The notes under the pieces: model-generated | Seen by the model: only the letters and a program-made list of their open reading frames with translations | The model's database searches: none | Told to the model about the DNA's origin: nothing | Assembly (NCBI GenBank): GCA_040954595.2 | Contig: CM082578.2 | Coordinates: forward strand, 17,303,812 to 17,367,811 | DNA: 64,000 nt | Direction of reading: 5' to 3' | Origin: Balanoglossus misakiensis | Lineage: Eukaryota > Animalia > Hemichordata | In this document: piece by piece, positions 24,030 through 52,695 of the stretch | Position numbering within the stretch: the first letter of the stretch is position 1 | Layout: each line of letters starts with the position of its first letter | Made by a program: the position numbers and the translations under genes

Positions 24030-24180
24030 CACCTTTGGCCCAACTTCCCTATTCAGAATACGCAAAACAAGCTGATGCTGCTGAAATATGATTGAAGTCA
24101 CTCGGGGACAGCCATCTTGAAAGTTCTCTCAGGCTTTCACTTCCTGGTTCAAAGGAAAACCAAAGAGGGCGCCATAACGG
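24030..24180 (-). promoter_or_regulatory. Probable TMEM168 first non-coding exon and core promoter
   Basis: Minus-strand donor at ~24032 (ctcacc), YY1-like CAAGATGGC (cagccatcttg, ~24109-24119), ETS-like CACTTCCTG (~24138) and CTCF-like CCAAAGAGGGCGCC (24160-24173). Confidence 0.45.
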
Positions 24181-24840
24181 TTGTGCACACTTTTTGTTAC
24201 CTTGACGACAGACCGCGCGTTTTTTACATTTACGTGTTTTCTAGTGGATATGGATAAATCAGCATTCTGTAGAAATGACATTTCATTTTCACTCTGGCAT
24301 ACACATCCATAACCAACATCAGTAGTCAGAGGCCAATAATTATAATGTCTCAGTCAGTCATTTTATTTCGATAAAAATATTGTATTCCAGATTCACAATG
24401 TGGCAAAATCATATGAGAACTTGTATCGCAAAAAAGTGACAGTAGGCATATATTAAATACTTGTGCTTTTGTATATAAGATTGCCATTTCACAAGAAAAC
24501 AAAACAACTGCCACTTTGAAAACAATACAAATTTATTATACATTTCCAATGAGAGCTAGTTTTGTTTTCTTCAATACAGGGGATGTAAAACCATATTTAT
24601 GGCAGATGTTCCTTGTAATTATAGTGAAATAATCACAGCACAGAACTGAGAAGTCATAAAAAATTGCAAGGCTGCACTTAATTTAATTGACATGAAGAAC
24701 CGATTCATTATATACATTCTTCATGCAGAATGGCACTTTACAATGTAAATGTCAAGATGGATTATTTTAATGCTGTCATTTGTCCTCCTGGCATAGCTTT
24801 GTAACTAAAGTACAACTATTACATCTCTCAATCAGGGAAC

Positions 24841-26400
24841 TCAGTTCCATGTGAGTGTATCTTCCTCATCAGTGGAGTTTGGCAATTCACCAAAAGCATC
24901 CTTGATTGATTGATCATCGGAGTCTGAATGGCGGGCAAAGGCATCGGTGAAGATGCACTCTTCAGCTGTATCATGGAAATCCTGCGGAATGAACATCATG
25001 TCCGGACTGGCACCACCCAAGACGAGCGACGGCTCCCCGTTCCGGATCTTGCGGAATGCCATGAAGTGCATGTGCATGTACTTTGTGTACTTCCAGCGCT
25101 TGAAGCCCATGGATTCAATGGCACACTTCCAGCTCTTCATCATGGTGGCGTGCTTGTTTTGATGGGAGGAGTCGGGCGTTATGATGATCAGGAGGCCGTT
25201 GCGCTGCAGCAGCTGCTGTGCCTTCTGGCAACAGATCCATCTCTGGTACGGCGATGGGAAGTACGATAGCAACAGGGAGAACACAACCACATGAAAGCAT
25301 TCCTTGGGCAGATTATCCACAGGATTACAAAGATTCCGCAGGAAGGTGTTCACAGTGTCTGAGGCAAGTTGTAATGGTGGGTTTAACTGAAGGTTGAGGA
25401 AATCGCATCTGTAGACAGTCTGAAAACAATGAAGAAAATGTTACCATACTTAAGCATAGACAACACTGCCCTCAATGGCAAGACATGTATTTAGAATCCA
25501 TCCACAAAAAGGGGCCGTACAGAAGACAAAGATAAAGACCCTATACACTGTACTTACATCAACCGCTGGTGATATGTCTATTCCTACAGCCACAAATTCA
25601 TCATGCTTCTGAAAGGGGTTGTAACAACTTCCCACATCAAGCAGCCGTATTTTGCCGGAGAAAGGCAAGGTGCTGAAGAAAAAAAGATGGAAATATGAAC
25701 CATCAGTCATGCACACTCATATCACCTGTATCACTTCAATTTGAATGGGGATGACTATCGATACTTTCACAACATATGGGGTACTTCGTTGTAATATCCC
25801 AAGGGCTGGGATTTCAGAGTCACTCACATTATATTTTTTATTGAACACAAATCCATTGGTGGTCCATTTTCTTGATTTTTGCTAGTCAATTCACCACCTG
25901 ACTTTTTGAGTTGAAAGAGGAGCGTTCGTTCATCCTTTGCAAGAGCCTTTTTCAGACCTCCACAGAAGAAATATTCAGAACAACACTGCCTGCACCAGTC
26001 AATTCGATCTTCAGGTTGTCCCGTCCAGTGCTGGATGGCTAGATGTTGCATAGCACATGCATACTCCCCCAGGGTGTCTTCATCTTCACAGTGTTCATGC
26101 CACACTGTTTCAAAATCACCTTCAGCTGCAGCACGAAGATAAGAATGATGTACACTGTTGACTTTGCTATCATAACACGTTAACAGTATGAACAAATGGA
26201 AAAGTCATTTGATCATGTCAATTGACACTGGACTGAGAAGATACAAATGATTATGAAGAGGTACTGTAGGGGGCGCAAGCTAAATGCCAACACTTACCCT
26301 CTTTGAATTTCTTCCTTAGTTTCTGATGGACCTGTTTTACCACACCAGATGCTCTTTCATGACAATCTTTGTCATGGGAACAGGTACACTGATGCTGCAT
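24841..26400 (-). CDS. BMT2: S-adenosylmethionine sensor upstream of mTORC1 (SAMTOR/BMT2/C7orf60), ~364 aa
   Basis: Exons 26400-26298, 26125-25828, 25672-25558 and 25419-24841. Motifs: [32 protein letters not shown], the SAM-binding [34 protein letters not shown] and [12 protein letters not shown]. Confidence 0.95.
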
Positions 26401-29400
26401 AGATGCACACTGGAATATACAAATATAAACAGTTCATAAGAGTGAACATTGGCTAGTAATGCCAGCGTTGCTAGTTTTGTGTTCAGGCATGGTTCAGGTT
26501 ACATCAGTTTGTGCACCTATACGTGTACCTGTGCACTAGCTCGGCTGCAGTACACCCCCCCCCCCTCGAGCTTTAAAGACTGCAGCTAGCTCAACTTTAC
26601 CTCAATCATGTTGCATGGTAACACATTTATACATATCTTGTTGCAGACGACCAAAATATAAATCAGGGTGTACCATACCTAAAATTACCTTGTCGGTGTA
26701 TGATTTTCTGGGAGTCAAACCAATAATACCCAGAATATGTGAAAAATTATGGGGAAAAACTGCATGAAACAACAGACTCTTTTAGTCATCAAAATAAAGA
26801 CCTGGCCTCTCCAGATCCTGTGATATTTACAACGAGCAGATGACAGCATCACATGAGTTAGTCTGCAATTTCATATATGAACATTCGACACACAAATATT
26901 TTATCCGTCAATTTGTACCATTGGAATATTAAATGTAAGAAATAAAATATGCTAATATTTCATGTACCAAATAAATGTCCTTGAACATGAAATAGAGAGT
27001 CTGGTGTTGCCAATACATTTGTGAATATAAGTCTTGAAATGAGGAGATGGGAACTTTGTATACGACAACTTCCCGACTGTATAGATGTAACGGGGTTCGT
27101 GATTGGCTCGTTATATTTATCTCTTCCTTATTTACACAACAAAATTTCAGGTATTAGCACACAGGAGAAGTCTTATAATGAAACAAGTTACTGAATTAGG
27201 TATTTTTGAGACACTCTACTAAGAACTGGCCTCACTGTAACTTCAGACCTTGTCGTTTCTTTTGTTTCAACCCTTGTTTACTCAGCAGGTGTAATCTGAC
27301 GTCACCGTATATCCTTAGCACAACTTGTAATAACAAAGTACTGTGCGCTTATGAGAAATAGTTCCCAAACAGAGATCGTATGTGGTCAGCTTAGCACGAT
27401 CGATTTCAACACTTATTTATCTAATTAGATTGTCGTTTAATACGCTTCCACAAAAGGTACGGTTCTCTGCAGTAATCCTGCTACGGGAATATTCATTTTA
27501 AGTAAACAACCGCGGATGAATATATTTACTATTTATTGAAGTGAGCCGATGATTTGCTGTACACAAGGCTGATGCATGTGCGCTGCTGGGCAGAGAAAAT
27601 CAACAGAATTTTTCTCCCTCTGGTCTGCTTCTAAATACTCAGCATTGGCAAGATATACGGTAAATATCCTAACTAATATCTTTTGTATAACGATCGGTTT
27701 TCTGATGCAGCCGATCATTAATATTGGGCGATTTTTATTATGTATTTTTGTTGTTATTTGTGGCATGCAATAGATTTGCTTCGTGAATAAATAATTTGCA
27801 TAGGTAATGACATGTCAGAGGATCGAAAACAGAGTACATTCTGTACTTTACAGTCTATTCGAGGTTTTGTGAATGCTGATAACTTTCCTTAAAGTGTTGA
27901 TTCGACTTCGGAGTTAAATAAAGTAGCGTTTTTCAGAGTTTTTCTAGAACTTATGGGACAAAGAAATCGGCTGTTGTTATTTTCGCCCGTGCAGAGGCCT
28001 GTCATTTTCTATAAACAATGCTGCATATGTAATGAGCTGGAAAAACCTACGGGAAATGACATTTTAGAGCTCTCGGGACATACTCGAGCAGCCCACATTG
28101 AATCGTGAATGAATCAGTAGCTGTTCTCTAGTAGTAGTGATCTGACTTATGCTCTGAGGGGCGCAAAATGCAGTCATTTTCTGTAGTGTTATTGTTTATT
28201 TGAGACAGACGAGCCATTAAAAGCCATCAGAACACTTGAAACTATAAATTTACCACTCTGCGAGAAGAATAAACAAAGCTCAGCTGTTCTCAAATGAGAC
28301 CGTATCTGACTTCACCTATGTTTCTTAAAGTATCAAAAACATTCCTGCGAAAGTTTCTCGTATTCTTGAATGACTTCATTCAAACCTGCAGATGGCAAGG
28401 TTTGGTATGCACTGAAAAGGCTTTGTTGTTTACCATTTTGTTATGTGTGCTTGTTTACATAGTAGACCTATGTAAATTCCATATGTGCTTACGGGGCAGC
28501 CATTTTTCGTATTAATCAGAGAAGAATGTTATTGTTTTGTCTGCACTTTTTCAGTCTGGCGTGGAGTGTTCCTCCACTGTTTTTAACAAACCCACCCAGT
28601 GGAAAATCAAACTAGTCATTCTTGTGAAGTTGTACGTGCCTGAAAAAAAGTAAACTGCTGCCCATTCATTCTGTCTAACCCCAACCTTTTTAAGTTTTAG
28701 AAAGAACAATGTGATAGAGAAACGACCCCAAAGCTATCAATTTTTTTTCTATTAAGTAGTAATCTTTGTCAAGAATATATGAGAAATGCTTATATTCAAG
28801 TTGAGTTAATTTCCCCAGATTTCTAAAGAATATGAAATATATTTCATATTTAAGGGTCATTTCTGGTATATTTGTTTTAATAAAATGTGCTTTTTACAGT
28901 GCATTTGTCATATAATTTTATTACTTGTTTTGCTTCTATATTGAGGCCATATTTGTTACAGCAGAATACCCATTTAATAAACAGAAAATATGAAAATTAA
29001 AAAGTATACTTATTCTAATTTCTATGCAATGTCTTACTTTTCCAATTTTCTGTGTTCATAATTAGTCAACTGAAGAATATTGTTGTAATCGGGTCCTGCA
29101 AAAAATATGCTTAGCTAAAAAGTTTGACTTTTTTAATTAATTGTGTGTGATTACTTTGCTGATTAACTTTAGTTGGTACATAACTCATGCAAACCCAATG
29201 TGATATTATGATTTTCTGTAAATATCAAGGTAGGTGTGAGCTTAAAAGACATTAACATATTGTATTTGTGCTTGTCCCATTTTCTGTAAAAACAACTTTA
29301 TAATAAAAGTGTCTGTTCTTTTTCATTCTCAGGAAAACTGTGTTAACAATAATAATAATAGGCTTTGTTCACTTGGTGGAGTTTCAGTAATTTACTGGAA

Positions 29401-32400
29401 ACAAAAGGGGGTGGTCATCAGTATTCAGATAGTCACATGAAAATGACAGAAGCTGATTGAAATTTATGGAATGACAAATTAATCTTCAATAGAGCATGAG
29501 TGATGCCAATTTTACTTAATAATGCAGCATTTACATGATGTTAGAACCAACTTAATTCATTTCATTCATAAAGAGGCATTGTGACTTTGTGTGCCATATT
29601 CATACAGCATACCGTTTCTTAGTAATATGGCAAAAAATTTGAGATTTTGAATTATTTTTATGAGATCTTGATGTTTTGGTGTTTTTCAAGACCATGAAGT
29701 GGATGATATTTTACCTGTGACTAAGCCAACATTAACAAAATGCAATGTTTGGACCCCCACTACAATTGTGATGGTTCTATATCCATTGACCCATGACTTT
29801 CATATTATAATTATTATACAGAAACAGTGATTTCAAGTATTCTGGTATTCTCATTGTGGTTTATTTCAGTCTTGTACATGTACTGCCACAAGGTGAAAGT
29901 TTTGATGTTCATGCCACCAGTATCATATGATTCCCATGCCCCCAGTGTATATTGGTTCAGGGGTTTTATTTCTGGTAATATTTCATGTGTTTGTATCTGG
30001 TAACTCAAGCCATCAAAAAAAGTAGTGGGACCCCTACTTAATTACCAGTCAAGGGGACCCTGTTCGTCTAAAAGCTGAGGGGATCTAACAATGGCAAGTA
30101 GGTCAACTGCATTGCATTATAATGCTGATATCATACATTATATGCCCCAGGCAACATTTACTGCTGAAAACAACACCAGACATTAGGGTTCTTTTTACTT
30201 TTTTAAGGAGAAACAGAAAGAACAAAAAATGTGCATTTACTTAATGATCTGAGCACTTTCTCTGCACCTGGTTCACTCTGATTGGCCCTTTTAATTATGC
30301 GGTGATTTGCATGTTTAAGTGTTTGAATACAATGTCACTTTCAGAACCTCCACAAAGTCTTAATTAATTTGCATAGGTCTTGTGCTGCCATTTCTGACAG
30401 CAAAGTGCTCTCCAAATTGTCATTCTTAAGTGAATGCACCTTCAGTACTTTCCAAAGTTTGAATTGTTTCCTGGGATGACCAATGAAAATAGATTGATCT
30501 CCTGGACTGAACTGCACAGACTAAATATTTTGCATGATATTTGAAAGAGTGATTATAAAATATATCCAAGTAAAAAGACTTCACCCATAACAGTCTATGA
30601 TAAACAAATGATGACTTTATTTACTTTTATGTGCATAGGGTATTTCTGAGGATTTGCTTCTAGCTCCTTTCATCTTCTGTCAGTTTATACATGTCATGTG
30701 AAAATACACTTCTGTGTAAACATTATGACAAAATGTGCTTCAGTGGTACTTAATTTTTAAATTTAGAATATGAGGGGAGATCAGTGTCTCAACAGACTTG
30801 TGTATGCTAACATCACTTCCTAGCAAATCCTAGCTTAAAAATTAATGAAATTTAAGCGTTTTTTAAAACTCCACATGTCAAGAGAAAAATTGACTTCTGC
30901 TGATGAAAAGATATTTTGCCAGTAGTTGTATCATTTTTGTACAAGCTAAAAATCCTAGACAAGTTTTGCTTAAATTCAGAGGCTGTGTTTAAGACTCGGC
31001 CTAGTACACCTAATTGTGTTTATTTTTGTTGGGACCATAGCTCACCCAAGACTTGAAGTGTACTTTGTAATGTGACACCGTTAACAAAGAGAAAATTTTC
31101 ATCATTAATGATGGGAAAAAGGACGCTTTGGAGAAAATAAATCAGCTCCGTCGTTGCATTATTCCAGGTTTTCTCCCAGTAATTACCCACTCACAAAAGA
31201 GGAAATCAAAAGGAAGGGAAAAGCAGGTCAAAAATTTAGGCAAAGCATTGTGGGAAAGTAGAAGTTGTCATGCACTCTCTGTAAACACACACTGATGAAA
31301 TTGTCTTAAATTTTCATGACTAATACATGGTATGGGCCCCAAATGGGTACATGGAGCCATGTGACCTCACAATTAGAAATTATTGTTTTACAGTTTTAAT
31401 CCTTGGACTCAACATTTGACATGGATACCATACAAAAGTCGTGCAAATTATCCAGCAGTTGTGTGGAAGACTGAAAAGTCAGATCGCAGCAGTGCAATTT
31501 TGCTGACAATTTCCTGTTGTGTGAGAGTCAGACAGTCCAGCCAGCTTGTTATTGGCTTCCCCACCATTTGGCCTCCTTACATTATGTTGTTTACACTTGG
31601 TAAGCGTCTTTACTGAGTGCAGTGTTTGCCTGGGAAAAAAGGCTTCATTATATTTATTGACGCAAGTGCCTCTGTTTATTCATATGCATTTACTTATTTA
31701 CATTGGGGCAAGTCGGTATTTAAAATATGGAACATTGGCCCTCAAAGAGTACACAGCAGTCTTCCTGTCTGTATTTAGAGAAGCTAAATATGTTTTTGTT
31801 TACAAGACCCCCAGAACTAAACCTCGCACATGCTAGGAATCGGTGTATACTGAAGAGAAATACATGATCAGAAAAATAAGACAATCTGATGTGGAAGTTT
31901 GTTCTGGGTGAACCAATTATGAATATATCTATTAGATTAACATGTTAGTGATAGTCAGTATTTCTGGGCATTTTTTTTTAGATACTTATAGTGACAAAAT
32001 AATTTATAATTTTGTTTTGCTCATTTAGTTTATTGCAAAGAAACTTTGCTCGCCAGGAAAGCTCTTTTCAGAAAATTCGTTTTTCAATTCGCTCACTCTG
32101 CTCATAAACAAATAGGTGAAAGGCGTGATGTTCATGTTGAGAACATGTAGAGTAGGCATAGTAACACCGAAATCTGCATTCAACTTCAAATCAACTGCAT
32201 TACGGTCTTTTGTTGTTTCTGAAAGTGGGGATTCATGTAGCATCTAATTATGGTATGAGCATGAACATGGCTGCGAACCCATACAAAGAAAACAAAATTG
32301 AAAAATAGTTTGCTTGATTACTCAGCTTGATATTTAGATGAGGTTCTGTCGTGTCATTTGGTTATGAATGAGGGTACTTCTATGAGAACTCAATCAAAAC

Positions 32401-33898
32401 TGACTCGTCAACAGCAGATACATGTACAAAACCCTTTGTCGCTCAGATACAAAAACAAAATGTTAAAACTCTAATTCACCATAAAATGTTATTATAAACA
32501 TATAACCATTGTGCAGTGGTATCAAATTTGCATATATAAAAATTCAGAATGGCTTCAATTTCTGTAACCTGATTTGTACTAAAAATTAGTGTTGCGAGCA
32601 GTCCCTTACAAAACATACCTGTAAATGTGACAAAGTGTGTGTGGATTCTGAGAGATTTCATTCATGTGGAAGGCCGTATCCCAAGATGCACTCTGATATA
32701 TCAAAGGAGCATAATCCCAAAGAATTGCTGAAAGCATAGTGGGTAATTTTCCAAACAACACAAAAGTTGTTATTGATATGAGAAAGTAAACACATTATCA
32801 CCACAATAAAGATAGTTGTTATGCAAATTAGATCCTTGCACTGATTGGTCAGAATTGATCATGTGATGGACACATTTAAACCAGGGTTTTTGTGGGTTTT
32901 ATCTAAATGCAAATATATTACCGTAAATGCTCTAGCATAGTAAAAATATCAAAAACTATTTTAAAGAACCATGGACAGGGAACTATGCCTTTAAGAATCG
33001 GAGAACAATTTTTTATGGTGTTATTTTTTAGGAGACTCGTACAGAAAAAATGGGTCATGTGTAAATGAGAGTACAGACCCAGTTTAACAGACAAGATCAA
33101 ATGATGAATCAGTGTGTATTTCTTATAGAATTTTTTAATGGAAGAGGGTTATCAGCTTTAAATGTCATAAAGTTCAGTACTTTACATCAAGTACATGCGT
33201 GCTTTTGTGCCACACTCTGCTGTATCCATAGCAACATTATTCAACGTCCAGAAGTGATTAGCTGTGGTGTCACTTACATCGTCATTGGAATATTAGATTA
33301 ATAATTGTTGTTTTCAGTTTTCTTTCCCTTGCCAGGTCAAAAATGGATGGGTTCGTCCTTTTTTGTCAACAAAAACCCGAATTAGGGTAATAGGACGTGG
33401 AGCTCAGAGACTAACATACAGTGCAGATGCATGTTCATTCATTGTTCTGTAATTATTGCCACAGAAAATGTTTTGTAAAATTGTTCGTAGTTGTGAAAGG
33501 CCTAATACATCTCTTCTGAAGTGGTTGAAATTTTTATTGTAAAGCATTTTGTTTTTGTTTTTTTCTGCAGTTTTCAGTCACACACAAGTAAATCGGGTTG
33601 GAACAGATGTGATATCAAAATCTGTTGGAGGCCTTGACATAATTTGTGAGTGTTCTTCTTGTTTCTTGAGACTTACTATTTTAGATTCTCTTTGATCGGA
33701 ATCGAAAGTTTCTACTGCTAATGCTCGTTTTGGAAACACGATTTTTCCAGCAGTGTCCAAGATATATCAGTGAAGAGTGAATGTGTTCATTTGATCATTT
33801 CCTCTCTGTTTTGCTTTACATTGTAATGTGTTTTTATTCCATTCTTTCCCCCGTAGATTATTGCTTTTGGTGAAGCTTACTCCGAATTTTCAGTCCCT

Positions 33899-46929
<13,031 letters not shown>

Positions 46930-49900
46930 AGTCACCAATCAAAACTTGCGTATCCTGTCACATGATGTACTTACAAAAACATATTCCTGTTTGTAGCCTG
47001 AAGGGTGTAGCCAGTAGCCTAGCTTAGCATTGCCAGCCAGAACATTTTATTTTGGCTATCATGAAAAGTATGAAAAAGAGAAAAAAAAGGCATTCTGTAG
47101 GATAGAGAATTACAGATATGAGTGACAAGGCTCTTAGCCTAAGTAGCTGTAGAGAGTAGTTTTTATGTGTCTGTGTTACAAGGATTTGTCAAGGGTACTG
47201 TCAAGATGTTTTTTTATTTTATTGCAAAACAATTTTAAACTGCCATTGCATGTGTTGTTACTGTTTTTGTTTTTTTTCACCGAAGCCCTCCCCTTTAAAA
47301 ACGCACCAAACTGTATCAACAGTCTCTCCCTACCCCCCAACTTTATTATGACGTAGTTTCATTTAATCTCAACAAGCACCCATTTTTTTGCACGTAAAAA
47401 TATTATACTATGTGCGTGACAACATTTCCCTGAACACTTTGCCAGAGATACTTAAAGTGTTGTTGTGTGCAAAAACGAAATTTGAAGAAAAAAACACATA
47501 AAGACAAAAAAGAATGCAAGTTCAAATATTTTGAATCAAACTAGTCTTACCATTTAACCAACAGAAATGTTAGCAATACTGTATCACAAGAACAACAAAA
47601 AACTTACTTCTCATAAGTGTATAGATCTCAATCTTTGTCTACTTCTTTGAAACTTTTTTAGTTTTGCCATGTTCCTGAGTAGCAGTTCAGTTCGAGAACA
47701 CCAACTACAAACTGTCACACTAAAAAAAGTTTTCCTGGTAAAACTTATATGAACAGTGCAACCTTGAACTTGCCAATAGATCTTACATATCTGTCCTTCC
47801 AGACATGTCATTCTCAATCGTAACAGTCGATAGTGTCTTACATATGCAAAGTGGGATCATCAGTATTTATATAAAAAATTAAAATAAAAAAAGATGTTAT
47901 TTTTATGTTCATGTTGTCGCTTAAAGGTGGAAATTGCAGGATGTTATTTGGGGAGAAGGTTAGATAACCAGATAATGGAATGTTTTTGGATTGTTTGCTG
48001 TTTCAGGCAACATAAGAGAGTTCCTAGATAATGCAACATTCTCCCTTTTCTGAGCTTGCAGTACTCTTGAGTTCAGCCAATGAATATTCTGTGAAAAACA
48101 TGAGAACAGCTCATGTTTGTTCCCTGTTTGCCATCCCCCCCCCCCCCCAGAAAAACAATTTTGCTGCCATTGTCACTGGCATGCAGCATAGCATCCCTTT
48201 TACAAAGACAGAACAATTTCTTTTCCATGTGTGTTTGTGTGTTTAGTGTTTTTCACTGAACTCCCAATCTAGACCCAGTCATGCGTAATACATCTTGGAA
48301 GTAGCACACATTTAACCATGAGAACATGCAGTGCAGTGGTGCCCTTTGGCAAAGACAGTAATAGTTACCCAATGGCGTGCTTTTCGTACACACGCCTGTC
48401 CACAAGTGTGTACTATATTCCTGAGGCATTTGGAGAAAAGTACCCCCCCCCCCCCCCCTTAGCACCTATTGGAAAGTCGATCCCAGTATTGAGTCAGTAT
48501 TATTACATCATCAGCATCCTTACTTGGCTTGGTTCTCAGGTCCAATTCAACAAAATGTACATCCACACGCACACAATTTAAACCACCCAGGGTTGGTATG
48601 TGTTCGACACGTGTGAAATTCCCAACCACAGCTGCTGGTATCCCCATGAATGAATTTAGTAATGAATACCTGGCTATAATGCTAAGGTATCTATGAATGT
48701 TTGATGGAAATTCCAATGATTGAATTTAATCAAACCTTTAATATTTGAAAAATCACATCCAGTGTGGTTATTCTTCAGATAATTTTGTATTAATTGCAAT
48801 TCTGCCTGCAAGAAAATTGTGGATGCTCCAATTAAATTAATGCCTTTCTACTAAGTATTTTATAAACAAAGAATTTAGAATTTTTATTTTACTTGTGATA
48901 GTAGTTACGTTGATGTTGCTATGAGTCACAGGGCACATTTTCTAAGATTTAACTCAAACAAATTTTGCAATCTCTGTCCTGTTATTCACTATTATCGGAT
49001 TTCTTTTCCCAGACAGTCTGTTGTATTTATTCCTGTAATCAGGACAGTTTTTAAAGTTGCTGTTTCAATTTTACAAAAGATACAAATGTTTCTCTCCAAA
49101 TGAAATGAAAATTTACCGTGCTTTGTGGAAAGCATCTTACTGAGAGTTATGAAAGTCTTCTGGTCTTTTGTGAAGGAAGGCAGCTTGATGCGTACAATGA
49201 TCCCAACAAAGCAATCTTCCTATCCTCTTGTGGGTACAATAAGTGCAGCTGACCAATCAATCTCTCACAGGGTGGCCTGTGATTGTTTTTTTCTTTCTTT
49301 CATCTTTCTTGGATCAGTCTGGATGGGAATGTGGTAAAGTCACATTAATATTAGAAGCTGTGGGAAGCTCCTATAAGTGTAGATGTCTCTCAGAAATAGA
49401 CAAACAGTGGCCAGTAAAAACAGAAATGATGCAGAAATATCAACCCATGATAAACAAAAACGCAAAGAGAGTGTAACATTAAAATGTCACAAACTGAAAA
49501 ATTACACAAAGTACCTCAGAGCCAAGCCAGTAAGGTAGTTTATCTCTGTGTTATGGTTTTCCTCTCTCTGACATGAACATCCGTATTGTTATATTTTTGA
49601 TGAAATTACCAATGAAAATGGTGAAACTGCCAAAATCTTATTATTAACCGATTTCTCCAACAGTAGGAGAAACTAGTATAAATTATGGGTCTTGTAGAAA
49701 TCTTGGTTCACTTTAGAGACCAATTTTGTCATCTGTAGAGTAATTGACTTTACCAGCTACAGTGCAATGCTTTTATCATTTCCAGTGTCTGTTTTTCCTT
49801 CTTTTTTTGTCGTATGTTTTATTCATACCACATAGGTATTTATTTTTATCAACTGAATTACCGACAAGCACCAGAGAAAAAAATCCAACAAATGATGTAT

Positions 49901-51406
49901 GTTTTTTAGCCTTTTACATAACAGATATTTTAGAGAGTTTAGTCTCCAGAAATAAAGAAAATCAAATTATTACTACAACAATGTAATTATTCTATCTCAC
50001 CACCCCGTCACAGTGACCTTATCAAGCGCACCTGATAGGGCTCATAACCAGGTGTGTTTTTCCCAGTCAGCAATGAGTGTGCTGTAGATATCATTGGTCA
50101 GGTCACTGTGTTTTTCAAGACTGTTGTAAGCCACAGTAGTGTGGTGAGACGACACCAGGTATGCATAGGGATTTGAGTCTGGAGTGATTATGTGTCCGGC
50201 CGTGAATCTGGTATTTCTAAAGGGGGGAGGGGACGTGTCAGTCCACACAGAATTTGATACTGTCTCTAGTCCCATGGTGTGTTTGTGTGGGACCATTCGG
50301 GTCATCACACTATCGCAGCAGCTGACGGTGTTTTAACCTTTCTCAACACACCATGTTTAGACGACAGAGGCACTGGGCCAGATCACGATTACTAACACCC
50401 AGTCTTGGCCACAGAAACACATGATGCCATGTAAGGAGTTCCAGTGCAAATGAACTCATGAGCAGGCGTGGCAAGTACACTGAGGTTGTGCATGAACAGT
50501 AAATCTAGACTGATCATCAAAGGTCTTGGTGACCGTTTTAGCCACACTCCAGATACATGTATATTCAGTTCTGCTTGTATCTGCTGTGCGTGAATCTTTC
50601 GTGGCCAGTGTTCACTCTCACTTCAGACTCTGACATCCCAAAAACTGTCACTGGAACAAGTGTCAGATCAACTTTAGTGTCACACAAACAGAAAAGTTTT
50701 TTCTCAAAGACATTTTAAAAAAGAAAGATAAAAGCTGTTGAAAATTCTTAGAGCAAATAAAGTTATCATATATATACAATTCATAACTTTCTTGAATTGT
50801 TCCAGGCTGTTGTGATGTTATGTGTAGAAGTATGGCTATCACTTTGACTATATATCATAACAAAACGTTTAATGTATCTACTTTGTATTTCCTGGCCTAA
50901 TGGGTCTTGGTCTTTTTCTGACAGTTTTGGATGAATGTGCATACAGAACCAACTTTCGGCTTAGTGCACAAAATAACAGTCAAGTTGTGTACTTTCAGTG
51001 GACTACATAATGTGATTATATACCACATTTGTGCCTAAGACTGAGTTGTATTGATCATAGCACAGACAAGAGTTCATAGTTTTGGCCACTGAGGCCGAGC
51101 AATGGGACCAATCCGAAATAGTATATTTCTATTTTTGACCCCACGAGGGCGCTTCTCAAGCGAGCGTATTGGTACTGGTAACTGAGTGGTGCAAAAATGC
51201 ATGGTTTAGAAGTGAGGGCACTTGTGCCATGAGTATAACTTCTAAATTTGCCGGTGATGAAACCAAAGACAAACAGAAAATATTTTTCTTTTTGTGGTGA
51301 AACCTTATATTTAATATCTCATAACGAGGTAGTTCGATCGCCATATAGGCCTTACGTCTTTATTCTGTTTGATGAATTTGATCTTGCTCACGCCCGTGAG
51401 ATAAGG

Positions 51407-52695
51407 ATGGGCTCCTTGTCAAGCTATATGTCGGTTTTCATGGAAAGTTCCAGCGACAACTTAGGAACGCACGCCACATTCAACTTGTGGGTTCAAATGT
51501 TCACTGTGATGTTGCCAATAGCCATAGCCACACTTGCATACGCTACTGAACTGCTTGGTATGTATACGTCATCCGCGTCAAGAACGTATTCCCACGATAT
51601 TCATTAACAACAACAAAAATATTGTGATATATGAAATTTTCTTTCCTGGGGCACATAAAACCATAGATACTTATTTTTCATATTTATTTGTAATGTACAG
51701 CAATCAACAGTGGCACAATATGTCTACCTCCAGTTGGTTACGAGGCTGATTCAACTGCAGCATACATAAACGCTCACTGCTCGACCAAGGACAATAATGG
51801 AAATTGGTCCTTTGTTATCGATCACAAGTTTCTATCGGCGATACTGGTCATACAGGCTCTCTTGGCCCACCAAGCCCTCTCCTACTGGCATTACCACGGA
51901 CTGGAACGCATGAAAGGAGACATAGACATCATCACTACAAGCTGCAATAGTCTTTACAGTGGAGTCTTCAACATATGGGCGGCACTGGTCAAGTGTATGC
52001 GCACACACAACTTGCAGCGCCCTGGAGGAAAACAGTGCGACACTGTCAAGGCGATAGCAGATCTAGTGCAAATGGAAAACGCATCACTTGCAGAGAAACT
52101 GGAGTCGCTGCGGGTCGACGTTAAAACCATCCAGATCGTTGTGAACAGATATACTGGAGTTTCCATCTCCAAGATTTACATCAAAACGCGGCGTTCCTTT
52201 TATCTAGTACTCACTGCTGGATCCCTGTTGCAGACGACACAGATTGTCACCTGTTGGCTGTCCGGTGGAGTTCTTCAACCAAACTTCGGCTGCGAATTTC
52301 TTAACTACCAAGTCCCATGCACAAAGCACATAGAAGTTGTTCTGGAGATTTTGATGTGTCTGAATCTGATTCTTTGCCTCCTGGTGCCGATGTTTGTCAC
52401 CCTGCGACACGACCACAAGGTCATTTGGTGTCGCAAGAAAACCATGAGGCACATCTACGATGTCATTCCACTGATTGAGAAACCCAGCGGTTTCGACGAA
52501 ACTTGTCTTGGCAATGACCTTCAGTTTCTCACAATGCACATCGGTCAGCCGAAGAACTCGTGCCACACTCTGGGCGTAGTGATGGAGAGTCTGCGCCCCT
52601 GTCCAACCTGGACGAAATGTCCGAATCTGAAGGAAATCCTCCTTAACCTTCTGAAGGATGACAGAGAAGCACGATGTTATATTTCATGTTTGTGA
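51407..52695 (+). CDS. Pannexin-like large-pore channel, copy A, ~381 aa
   Basis: Exons 51407-51557 and 51701-52695 (phase-1 intron after ATELL). Four-TM pattern: TM1 VQMFTVMLPIAIATLAYATE, EL1 CLPPVGY...AAYINAHC, HKFLSAILVIQALL..YW, EL2 FGC...VPC, TM4 EILMCLNLILCLL, then IYDVIP and GNDL. These match pannexin motifs as recalled (CFSPSSF..AAFVDSYC, HKFFPYILL, VYEILP, NDL). Confidence 0.8.

Noticed and set aside
50042-50308. 88-aa minus-strand ORF in a slightly GC-richer patch
   Set aside because: No recognisable homology or splice structure. It is most likely FoxP 3' UTR (AATAAA at ~50756).
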